Below are positions 1 through 7,011 of a stretch of DNA of 64,000 bases, in pieces. Source of the DNA: an uncultured Candidatus Rokubacteria bacterium (GTDB lineage Bacteria > Methylomirabilota > Methylomirabilia > Rokubacteriales > DASRDR01); contig CAWGVS010000006.1 of NCBI GenBank assembly GCA_963826115.1, positions 448,001-512,000 of the forward strand, written 5' to 3'. The notes below the pieces were generated by a model. The model made no database searches. It was not told the DNA's origin and was given only the letters and a program-made list of their open reading frames with translations. The first letter of the stretch is position 1, and each line of letters starts with the position of its first letter. Made by a program: the position numbers and the translations under genes.

Positions 1-651
1 GGTCAGCATCGCGACGCCCTTCCCGTGGCGCCGCGCCGCCTCCACCAGCCGGCGGCGGTGCTCGTCGATGACCCCGCGCTGGGCGGACGTGCCGAGGACG
101 CCGAGGTCCTGGGCGAGGTCCGACGGCCCGAGCGTGAGCGCGTCGATGCCGGGGACCGCCGCGATCTCGTCGAGGCGGTCGAACGCCCGCTTGGTCTCCA
201 GCATGACGGTCACGTGGACGCGCGCGTTGGCCGCGGCCATGTGCTCGGCGACCGGCGGCGACTGGTAGCCCGTGTGCGGGCCGAACCCGTACATCCCGCG
301 CTCGCCGAGCGGCGCGTAGCGGGCGGCGCGCGCCACCCGGACCGCCTGCTCCGGCGTGTCCACCTGCGGCACGTGGAGGTTCGGCACGCCGGCGTCGAGG
401 AGGCGCGTGATCCACTCGCGGCTGCCCTCGGGCGGGCGGACGACCAGCGGGAAGTCGAGGGCGCGGGCGAGGGCGGCCATGTCCGCGACCGTCTCCATCG
501 AGAAGGCGCCGTGCTCCATGTCGATCCGGGCGAAGTCGAGCCCGGCGGCCTGGAGCAGCGTCAGGACGCCCGGCGTCCGGATCATCGTGATCCACGTGCC
601 GATCTGGACCTCGCCCCGCTCCGCGCGGGCCCGCATGCGGTTCTCGCTCAT
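1..651 (-). CDS. HpcH/HpaI class II aldolase family protein (3' end outside window)
   Basis: Hand translation: MSENRMRARAERGEVQIGTWITMIRTPGVLTLLQAAGLDFARIDMEHGAFS...VVRPPEG..WITRLLDAG. IDxEH motif; AGGAG SD before ATG 651. Confidence 0.85.
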   Translation of the reverse strand, partial: MSENRMRARAERGEVQIGTWITMIRTPGVLTLLQAAGLDFARIDMEHGAFSMETVADMAALARALDFPLVVRPPEGSREWITRLLDAGVPNLHVPQVDTPEQAVRVARAARYAPLGERGMYGFGPHTGYQSPPVAEHMAAANARVHVTVMLETKRAFDRLDEIAAVPGIDALTLGPSDLAQDLGVLGTSAQRGVIDEHRRRLVEAARRHGKGVAMLT

Positions 652-930
652 GCCGTCTCCTGGGGTGTGCCCGCCGGGATCGCCGAGCGCCCGGCGGGCC
701 TCGGCGATCTCGTGCTCGACGGCCTCGGGGCCCGGGAACGCGCGCTTGGCGCGCCGGTACCAGTAGCGGGCGTTGTCGAGGTCGCCCTCGAGCGTGTGGA
801 CGATGCCGTGGAGCCACGCGGCCAGCGTGGACTCGTCGTGCTGGACGATCTCGTGCGCGGCCCGCCACTCCCGCGCCGCGAGGTGGGTCACCGCGCGCCC
901 GAGGTCGGCGGACGGTCGAGCCCGGGCCAT
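652..930 (-). CDS. Small conserved hypothetical domain (AAWLHGIVHTLEGDLDNARYWYRRA), in frame with the downstream aldolase
   Basis: ATG at 930; EGDxxNAxYWY motif of a small hypothetical family; no stop before aldolase ATG 651. Confidence 0.7.
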
Positions 931-946
931 CGTGGAGGCGCTCCGC

Positions 947-1735
947 TCAGGCGCGGGCGCGCAGGTCCTGGAGCATCCGGATCAGGACGCGCCGGGCGTC
1001 GTCGGCGCTCGTGACCTCCTCCGGGAAGGGGATCCGCTCGGCGTGGAGCCGGCCGCCCGTCCGGATGCGGAGGCGGAAGCCGAGCCGATCCACCGCGACC
1101 ATCGTGGCGGCCTCCGCGTCGGGCGCCCCGCCGAGCCCGCGCGCGTAGGTCACCAGCGCGTCGGCGTGGTCGCGGTTCATGTGCTCGAGGATGCCCGCCG
1201 CCACGTCGGCCAGCGGGTCGACGCGGGCCGTGCGGTACGCGGCGGCGTCGATCCAGTCCATGGCCGCGAAGCCGCCGACGAAGTAGAGGTCCGCGACCTC
1301 GAGGCGGTGGAAGGCGAAGTCCTCGAAGTCGACCCAGTACGCGGCGTTCGCGTGGCGCGCGAGGTACGCGGCGCGCGCGGCGGCGCGGGCGTCCGCCGGG
1401 ACGGGCCGGACCGCGCCCATGAGCGTGAGGCGGCCGGCGGCGAGCGGATCCCCCGCCCAGTCGGGCTCGGCGACGAACAGGCTTGCCCGCGCGTCCCCGG
1501 CGAGGTTCTGCGTGTGCACCGCCATGGAGCTGATCAGGAAGATCGGTTGGCCCGCGTCGTCGAGCGCATAGGGCATGAGCGACGCGAACGGGTACCCGGC
1601 ATGACGCCGCGAGAGCGTCGCGAGGGTGCCCGCCCGCGCGCGGTGCACGAGCGTGCGCGCGCGCTCGGCATAGGTCGGCTCCGGTGGTGGCGGCGGCGCG
1701 TTCGGGTCGGGCGGGGGACCGGCGTGACGATTCAT
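947..1735 (-). CDS. HugZ-like pyridoxamine 5'-phosphate oxidase family protein with C-terminal DUF2470
   Basis: GTLATLS..GYPFASL..PIFLISSMAVHTQNL; C-terminal ILEHMNRDHAD and VDRLGF. Confidence 0.85.
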   Translation of the reverse strand: MNRHAGPPPDPNAPPPPPEPTYAERARTLVHRARAGTLATLSRRHAGYPFASLMPYALDDAGQPIFLISSMAVHTQNLAGDARASLFVAEPDWAGDPLAAGRLTLMGAVRPVPADARAAARAAYLARHANAAYWVDFEDFAFHRLEVADLYFVGGFAAMDWIDAAAYRTARVDPLADVAAGILEHMNRDHADALVTYARGLGGAPDAEAATMVAVDRLGFRLRIRTGGRLHAERIPFPEEVTSADDARRVLIRMLQDLRARA

Positions 1736-1760
1736 GCGTGCAGTCCGGGCGCGCGGTTGC

Positions 1761-2903
1761 TCACCGGTCTCGGAACGCTGGCATCACGTCCCGCGCGAAC
1801 CAGCGGAGCTGCTCCATGAAGGCCGCCGCGGGGATGCCCTCCGGCCAGTGGAGCATGATCTGGTCGAGCCCCGGGTACTTCGCCTCGTACTCCCGGATCA
1901 CCGCGATGCAGTCCGCGGGGGAGCCGACCATCCACGCCTTCTGGGCGACGCCCTCGCGGATCGTCGGCGCGCGCGCGGGGGCGCCGGGCGTCCCCCACGG
2001 CCGGCCCTGGTCGTCCGCGTAGCGCACGAAGCCGAAGGGCGCGAACCACTTGTAGCGCTCGTCGTGGGCGGGCTCGACGCGCCGGATGGCCTCTTCCTTC
2101 GTGTCCGCCATGTGGAACCCGAGGCCGAGACAGAGGTCCTCGCCGAGCCGCTTCTGTCGGCCGTGACGCGCGCACGCGTCCTGATACGCGTGGAAGGTCT
2201 GATCCGTGATGCGCTCGCCGTTCAGCGTGACCATGCCCTTGAGATTGTGCTTGGCCAGGAAGTCGATCGTCTTGCCGCTCGCGATCGGCTGCCAGATCTC
2301 CACCGGCCGGTGGATCGGGCGGGGGATCATGGTCACCTCGGTGAGGTCGTAGCCCCGGTACTTCACGGCGGGCGGCACCGTGTAGTACTTGCCGCGGTGC
2401 GAGAACTGCTCGTCGTGGAGCGCCTTCCACATGAGCTCGAACTGCTCCTCGAAGAGCTCGAGGTTCGCCGCGGCATCGAGGAGGGGCGCCCCGAACGATT
2501 CGACCTCGCGCGTGTGGTAGCCGCGACCGATCCCCATGATGACGCGCCCACCGGTGAGGATGTCGGCGACCGCGTAGTCCTCGGCCAGGCGGAGCGGGTG
2601 CCACATCGGGAGGATGTTGAACGCGCAGCCGAGCTTGAGCTGGCGCGTGACCGCCGCCAGGTAGGTGCCGACCAGGATCAGGTTGGGGAGAACCTCGTAG
2701 CCCTCCCGCTGGAAGTGGTGCTCGGCCGTCCAGAGGCAGTAGTACCCCTCGTCGTCCATCACCCGCGCGACGTCGACCATCGACCGGTACGCCTCGACGA
2801 TCCGCTCGTTCGGGTAGCGCCGCTGGTCGGCGGGCGTGCCGTGAAGCCCGACGTGGTCGAGGTCGATCTGGCCGACGTAGAGCACGGAGAACTTGCGGAT
2901 CAT
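1761..2903 (-). CDS. LLM class flavin-dependent oxidoreductase
   Basis: WTAEHHF, HPLRLAEDYAVADILTGGRVIMGIGRGY luciferase-like motifs. Confidence 0.9.
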   Translation of the reverse strand: MIRKFSVLYVGQIDLDHVGLHGTPADQRRYPNERIVEAYRSMVDVARVMDDEGYYCLWTAEHHFQREGYEVLPNLILVGTYLAAVTRQLKLGCAFNILPMWHPLRLAEDYAVADILTGGRVIMGIGRGYHTREVESFGAPLLDAAANLELFEEQFELMWKALHDEQFSHRGKYYTVPPAVKYRGYDLTEVTMIPRPIHRPVEIWQPIASGKTIDFLAKHNLKGMVTLNGERITDQTFHAYQDACARHGRQKRLGEDLCLGLGFHMADTKEEAIRRVEPAHDERYKWFAPFGFVRYADDQGRPWGTPGAPARAPTIREGVAQKAWMVGSPADCIAVIREYEAKYPGLDQIMLHWPEGIPAAAFMEQLRWFARDVMPAFRDR

Positions 2904-2951
2904 GCGACCTCCCGGGGATGCTGCGTGATCGGGGCCGACGCCGATACCGCG

Positions 2952-2980
2952 ATTCTAGCAGAGCCGGCGGAGGGCGTCAG
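2952..2980 (-). promoter_or_regulatory. sigma70-type promoter of the LLM gene
   Basis: Minus strand CTGACG-N17-TAGAAT with TGn extension. Confidence 0.55.
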
Positions 2981-3135
2981 GCGGGGGGCTTGGCCGGCGG
3001 GTGGCCCACCGCAAGCTCGCACATCCCGCCGCGCTGGGTCACGTCAAGGACGCGGGCCTGACGGGCACGCCCGAGCGTCGCGAGCCCAACCGGCTGAGAG
3101 CCGATCCTATCAGGACGGTTGTGCCCACCGGCTCG

Positions 3136-4716
3136 TCAGTCGGGCGCGCCGTACATCGCCCCTTCCCACGAGGTCGCGACCGTGACGAGTCCGAGCCGCT
3201 GGGCCAGCTCGCGCTCCGAGGGGAGGTACCAGCGCCAGCGGAGCCACCGGAAGTAGACGACGACGCCCGACCGGCCGCGGAGATCCTGCTCCAGCCGGCC
3301 GAAGTCCTCCGCGTAGCGCGCGTTCGCCTGGCGGGTGAAGGGGTCGGCCGTGAGCGGGACCAGGCGCGCCGGGCGGCCGGTGAGGACGTAGAGCGCGTCC
3401 GGGGCGTTCGAGAACACCCGGACGTCGTCGCGCAGGGCCTTCACCTCCGCCACGAGCGCCGACTCGCGCCAGAGGCGGCTCGCGTAGCCCATCTCGTCGA
3501 GCTGGCTCCCGACGGCCCACAGTCCCGTGCGCGTGAGCGAGACGCCGGCGAGGAGCACCATCGCCCCCAGCGCGAGCGAGCGGACCCCGGGGGCGCGGAC
3601 GGAGAGGCGCGCCACTCCCGCCAGCGCGAGTACGACCGCCGTCGCGTAGAGCGGGGCCAGGAGCCGTCCGTCCAGCGGCACGTTGGCGTCGAAGAAGGAG
3701 ATCGTCGCGTAGACGAGGGAGCCGTACAGGAGGGCGAAGAGACCGAGCAGCCGCGCGCCGACGCGCATCCCGTGCGGCGCGGGGTCGGTATCGGCCCGGC
3801 CGCGGGCGTGCCGGTAGGCCGCCAGGACGAGGAGCGCTACCAGGACCAGCCCGGAGTACCGCACGGCCCGCGGCGCGATGTCCGGGAGCACCCACGCGGA
3901 GATGGTGTCGAGACCCTGGCGCGCCCGGTCCCCCGCCAACACGTGGAAGACCAGTTGCTTCCCGGTGAGGGCCCCCTCCGTCGCCCGGTTCCGGGCCAGC
4001 CAGGCGGCAAGCGGCGCGCCGGCGGCCGCGGCGAAGAGCGTGGCGCGCGTCCACCGCTGCGCCGGCCTGAGGGGGCTCCAGAGCCCGATCGCGATCGCCC
4101 CCGTCCCGACGAGGGCGAGTCCCGCGTAGCGCGCCAGCGTCGCGAGGGCAATCGCGACGACGGCGCCCGCCATCGCGAGATGGCGCGGCCGTTCGAGGTC
4201 GAGCGCGAGCGCCCAGAGCCCGGCGAGCACGCCCGTGAGAAAGATCGGCTCCGTCAGCACCCACGCGTGCGTCTTGAACACGTCGACGGAGCCCATCACG
4301 AGGAGCGTGCCCAGAATCGCGAGCCGTCCCGACCCGGTCCACTTGAGCACCATCAGGCCGACGAGGATCCCGTTCACGCCCAGGAGCAGCGCGTTCAGCC
4401 ATCGCGCTCCCGCGAGGGCGTCGACGCCCGCCCGCTCGAATACCGCGAGAATCGCCGGGAAGAGCGGTGGGTGGTGCGTGAAGGGAGTCGGCGCGAGCGG
4501 GTTCGACTCGACGCTCAGGCCGGGCGTGAGCGTGAGCCCGTGGCCTCGCGCCAGGTTCTGCGCCGCATCCAGATAGGTGACCGAGTCGGCGTCGAGGCCC
4601 GCGCCGGCCCGGGTCACGATGGCCGCGCCCAGGACGCCCGCGAGCCCGAGGAGGCCCAGGGCCACGACGACGCCCGCCCGCGGGCCGGCGGAGGTCCCGG
4701 TCGACGCGGATGTCAT
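3136..4716 (-). CDS. Multi-pass membrane glycosyltransferase, ArnT/PMT-like (GT-C fold)
   Basis: First TM followed by DADSVTYLDAAQNLARGHG, HHPPLFP, LTEPIF, LARYAG; about 12 hydrophobic segments. Confidence 0.7.
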   Translation of the reverse strand: MTSASTGTSAGPRAGVVVALGLLGLAGVLGAAIVTRAGAGLDADSVTYLDAAQNLARGHGLTLTPGLSVESNPLAPTPFTHHPPLFPAILAVFERAGVDALAGARWLNALLLGVNGILVGLMVLKWTGSGRLAILGTLLVMGSVDVFKTHAWVLTEPIFLTGVLAGLWALALDLERPRHLAMAGAVVAIALATLARYAGLALVGTGAIAIGLWSPLRPAQRWTRATLFAAAAGAPLAAWLARNRATEGALTGKQLVFHVLAGDRARQGLDTISAWVLPDIAPRAVRYSGLVLVALLVLAAYRHARGRADTDPAPHGMRVGARLLGLFALLYGSLVYATISFFDANVPLDGRLLAPLYATAVVLALAGVARLSVRAPGVRSLALGAMVLLAGVSLTRTGLWAVGSQLDEMGYASRLWRESALVAEVKALRDDVRVFSNAPDALYVLTGRPARLVPLTADPFTRQANARYAEDFGRLEQDLRGRSGVVVYFRWLRWRWYLPSERELAQRLGLVTVATSWEGAMYGAPD

Positions 4717-4796
4717 CGCCGGGGAGGCCCACTCATGCGGCGAGAATAGCCCACAGTCCCACCGATCTTGCGCAGTCCTCGGCGCCGATCACGAAG

Positions 4797-5474
4797 TCAT
4801 GTGGCGCTTCGGGCCGGCCGAGTGACGACTAGGACGCGACGCCGGGGCAAGGCGGTGCTGGCAACGTGTCCGTGTCGATGGGCTGATCCGTGATCCGGGA
4901 CCCGCCACGGCCCGTGGGCGGCGCAGGGCCAGAGCGAGATGGGCGCGAAGGCGAGGCCGGGGAATGGTGGGAGCGACACAGGCCTCCGTACCGGAGGCCC
5001 GCGCGAGGAGCGCTGTAGCGGCCCTCGGCGAGGCCGTAGCGCCTCGACCATGCCCGCCACGGGATCGACGATCCAGTAGTAGGGGATCCCGTGATCCGCG
5101 TAGAGCTGACGCTTCCGGCTCCGGTCGATCGTCGTCGTCGACGGCGAGAGGATCTCGATCACGAGCGTCGGTGGCCCCTCGATGCCGCGGTCGCTCACGA
5201 GGTGTGCGCGGGTCGGCTCGAGGTACACCAGATCCGGCTGCACGACCGTCGTGTCGGCAAGGATGACGTCGATCGGCGCGTAGAGCACCTCCCCGAGCCG
5301 GCGGCTGGTGACGTATGCCTTGAGGATCGAGTTGAGGGCGCTGCTGACCCGCTGATGACGCGTGCCCGGCGCCGGGGTCACCGACAGTTCCCCGTCGTGC
5401 AGCTCGTACCGCCGCCCGTCGGCCGGCAGCGCCTCATAGTCACGGTACGTGAGAACCGCACGCTCGCCGTTCAC
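4797..5474 (-). CDS. Uma2 (DUF820) family endonuclease-like protein; C-terminal part disturbed by indels
   Basis: LTYRDYEALPADGRRYELHDGEL, HQ, VVQPDL, LVIEILSPST..DR..K..LYA..GIPYYWIVDP; GTG at 5474; true end probably near 4925. Confidence 0.85.
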   Translation of the reverse strand: MNGERAVLTYRDYEALPADGRRYELHDGELSVTPAPGTRHQRVSSALNSILKAYVTSRRLGEVLYAPIDVILADTTVVQPDLVYLEPTRAHLVSDRGIEGPPTLVIEILSPSTTTIDRSRKRQLYADHGIPYYWIVDPVAGMVEALRPRRGPLQRSSRGPPVRRPVSLPPFPGLAFAPISLWPCAAHGPWRVPDHGSAHRHGHVASTALPRRRVLVVTRPARSAT

Positions 5475-5480
5475 GCCCCG

Positions 5481-5510
5481 ATTGTAGGAGCCGCTCGGGC
5501 GAGCGGTCAA
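5481..5510 (-). promoter_or_regulatory. sigma70 promoter, probably leaderless transcript (Uma2)
   Basis: TTGACC-N18-TACAAT-N6-GTG. Confidence 0.65.
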
Positions 5511-5869
5511 CGCGAGCGGCGGGCCGCCGGGGCCCGCCTCGGCCGCCCACGGACACCGAGTGCCTGCCGGTGCGCGAAGAGGTGCTCTCGCGCCCGGGCC
5601 GCGTCCGCCGGGTCCTCCCAGCGCACCTGACCGAGGCGGGCGAGCGCGCTCCGGAGGTGCGGAACGTCGACCTGCCCATCGGCGTCGTGGTGCGGCAGGT
5701 GGCGCGACTTCGTGCCGTCCGGCCGGACGTGGACGACCGCGAAGGCCTCGTCGGGGAGCGCGTCGATGTCGGCGCGCTTCCAGGGCTCCGCGGACACCTC
5801 GGTCGTGGCCCAGAGGGTCCGCACGATCACGGTCACGAGCCAGGCGCTCATCCATCGGCGCGATCCCAT
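5507..5869 (-). CDS. Small probably exported protein with DUF6582-like domain
   Basis: GGAGG SD before ATG 5869; hydrophobic N-terminus ending VSA; LPDEAFA..RHLPHHD..VDVPHLRSALARLGQV. Confidence 0.65.
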   Translation of the reverse strand: MGSRRWMSAWLVTVIVRTLWATTEVSAEPWKRADIDALPDEAFAVVHVRPDGTKSRHLPHHDADGQVDVPHLRSALARLGQVRWEDPADAARAREHLFAHRQALGVRGRPRRAPAARRSR

Positions 5870-5913
5870 CGTCGCCACCTCCGATCGACGCTGCTGCGGC
5901 TGATCGCGGGTGG

Positions 5914-5929
5914 AGCAAGGACGACGCCA
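5914..5929 (-). promoter_or_regulatory. sigma54 (-24/-12) promoter candidate
   Basis: Minus strand TGGCGTCGTCCTTGCT matches TGGC-N7-TTGC(A/T), 45 nt upstream of ATG 5869. Confidence 0.6.
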
Positions 5930-6012
5930 GGTGCCGAGTGCGTCGGAACCAGGCGGCGGAACGCCAGCGTGCCGTGCGGGAAATGGAGCGGAGTGTCACG
6001 GGCGGCGCACGC

Positions 6013-6032
6013 CCGTATCGGATCGGTGACGG
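6013..6032 (-). promoter_or_regulatory. Candidate enhancer-binding-protein upstream activating sequence
   Basis: Imperfect palindrome CCGTCAC-CGATCC-GATACGG about 85-100 bp upstream of the sigma54 box; similar to 9854-9873. Confidence 0.45.
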
Positions 6033-6062
6033 TCCGCCAGTCTCCGCCAGGGAAAGCGAGAG

Positions 6063-6100
6063 CGGAACCGGCGGCCGGCGGAGGACCGGCTCCGGTTCCG
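6063..6100 (-). terminator. GC-rich stem-loop downstream of carbonic anhydrase
   Basis: CGGAACCGG...CCGGTTCCG arms with inner GCCGG/CCGGC pairing, 20 nt after the stop; weak U tail. Confidence 0.4.
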
Positions 6101-6120
6101 GTTCCCGGGGGCAGGCGGGG

Positions 6121-6612
6121 CTATTTCACCTCGCGGAGGCGGCCGGTGCGGACGTCGTAGACGAACCCGCGGACCTCGCCCCGATGCGGGACGAACGGGT
6201 TCGCCCGGACGCGCGCGAGCGACTGCCGCACGTCGTCGTCGAGGTCCGAGAACGGCTCGAAGGCGAACGGCGGCCGGATGCCCGTCTCGCCCTGGATGTC
6301 CCGCTTCAGCCCCTCGTCGGAGAAGGTGAGCATGCCGCAGTCCGTGTGGTGGATGAGGATGATCTCGCGCGTGCCGAGGAGCCGCTGGGAGATCACGAGG
6401 GAGCGGATCGCATCCTCGGTGATCGCGCCGCCGGCGTTGCGGATGACGTGGGCGTCGCCCTCGTCGAGCCCGAGGAGCTCGTGGAGGTCGAGCCGCGCGT
6501 CCATGCAGGCGACGACCGCCACGCCCTTGGCCGGCGGGAGGGGCAGATGCCCCTTCTCGAACGATCCCGCGTAGTGCTCGTTGTTCCGCAGAAGCTGATC
6601 GGTGACGCTCAT
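6121..6612 (-). CDS. beta-class carbonic anhydrase, clade D (Rv1284/COS-hydrolase-like)
   Basis: ACMDARL, HVIRNAGG, IRSLVISQRLLGTREIILIHHTDCGM; Cys/His/Cys zinc ligands; AGGAGG SD. Confidence 0.92.
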   Translation of the reverse strand: MSVTDQLLRNNEHYAGSFEKGHLPLPPAKGVAVVACMDARLDLHELLGLDEGDAHVIRNAGGAITEDAIRSLVISQRLLGTREIILIHHTDCGMLTFSDEGLKRDIQGETGIRPPFAFEPFSDLDDDVRQSLARVRANPFVPHRGEVRGFVYDVRTGRLREVK

Positions 6613-6664
6613 GATGGGTCCTCCTGTTCCGGGCCCTCTCGCGGGGCCGCGGAGCCTGAAAGCG

Positions 6665-6711
6665 CGAAAGCCGAGGGCGGGGCTCTGGGAGTCCCTGCCA
6701 CTCGGCTTTCG
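6665..6711 (-). promoter_or_regulatory. Long bulged RNA hairpin between the Zn-ribbon gene and carbonic anhydrase
   Basis: mRNA CGAAAGCCGAG-U-GGC-A-GGG-A-CUC-CCA-GAG-CCC-C-GCC-CUCGGCUUUCG: perfect 11-bp base stem plus three bulge-separated 3-bp helices. Confidence 0.6.
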
Positions 6712-6751
6712 TCTTGTGGATCGACTTGCGCCGTGGGCGGTCTGCGCCCGG

Positions 6752-6958
6752 TCACTCCCGGTAGTTGAGGGGCACCTCCACCCAGGTCTTGCACCGGGGA
6801 CACTTGGCGACGGCGCGACCGGTCTTGCCGCTGACGCGCAGGATCGCGTTCTTCACGACGAGCCCGTCGGGCTCGGGGACCACGATCTTCGTCCGGCACG
6901 TCGGGCACCGTCGCCCTTCGATGCCAGCGAGTCCTCTCACCAGGTTGCCGTCAGCCAT
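6752..6958 (-). CDS. Small Cys4 zinc-ribbon protein (68 aa)
   Basis: RCPTC...KCPRC double CxxC; canonical promoter directly upstream. Confidence 0.75.
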   Translation of the reverse strand: MADGNLVRGLAGIEGRRCPTCRTKIVVPEPDGLVVKNAILRVSGKTGRAVAKCPRCKTWVEVPLNYRE

Positions 6959-6964
6959 AGACCG

Positions 6965-6996
6965 AAACTACCTATCTTGATCGGACTTGTCAAGAT
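6965..6996 (-). promoter_or_regulatory. Leaderless sigma70 promoter overlapped by an inverted repeat
   Basis: TTGACA-N17-TAGTTT-N6-ATG; ATCTTGA-N9-TCAAGAT (6974-6996) covers the -35 box and spacer; locally AT-rich. Confidence 0.75.
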
Positions 6997-7011
6997 TGAG
7001 TCTGCCGGGGC

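Noticed and set aside
3088-3120. CGGCTGAGAGCCG hairpin resembling the TPP riboswitch CUGAGA motif
   Set aside because: Other TPP aptamer elements are missing, it is on the opposite strand to the flanking genes, and no thiamine gene follows.
4797-6958. Possible prophage or defence island (Uma2, phage-like domain, Zn ribbon)
   Set aside because: No integrase, structural genes, att sites or compositional shift; Uma2 genes are commonly dispersed.
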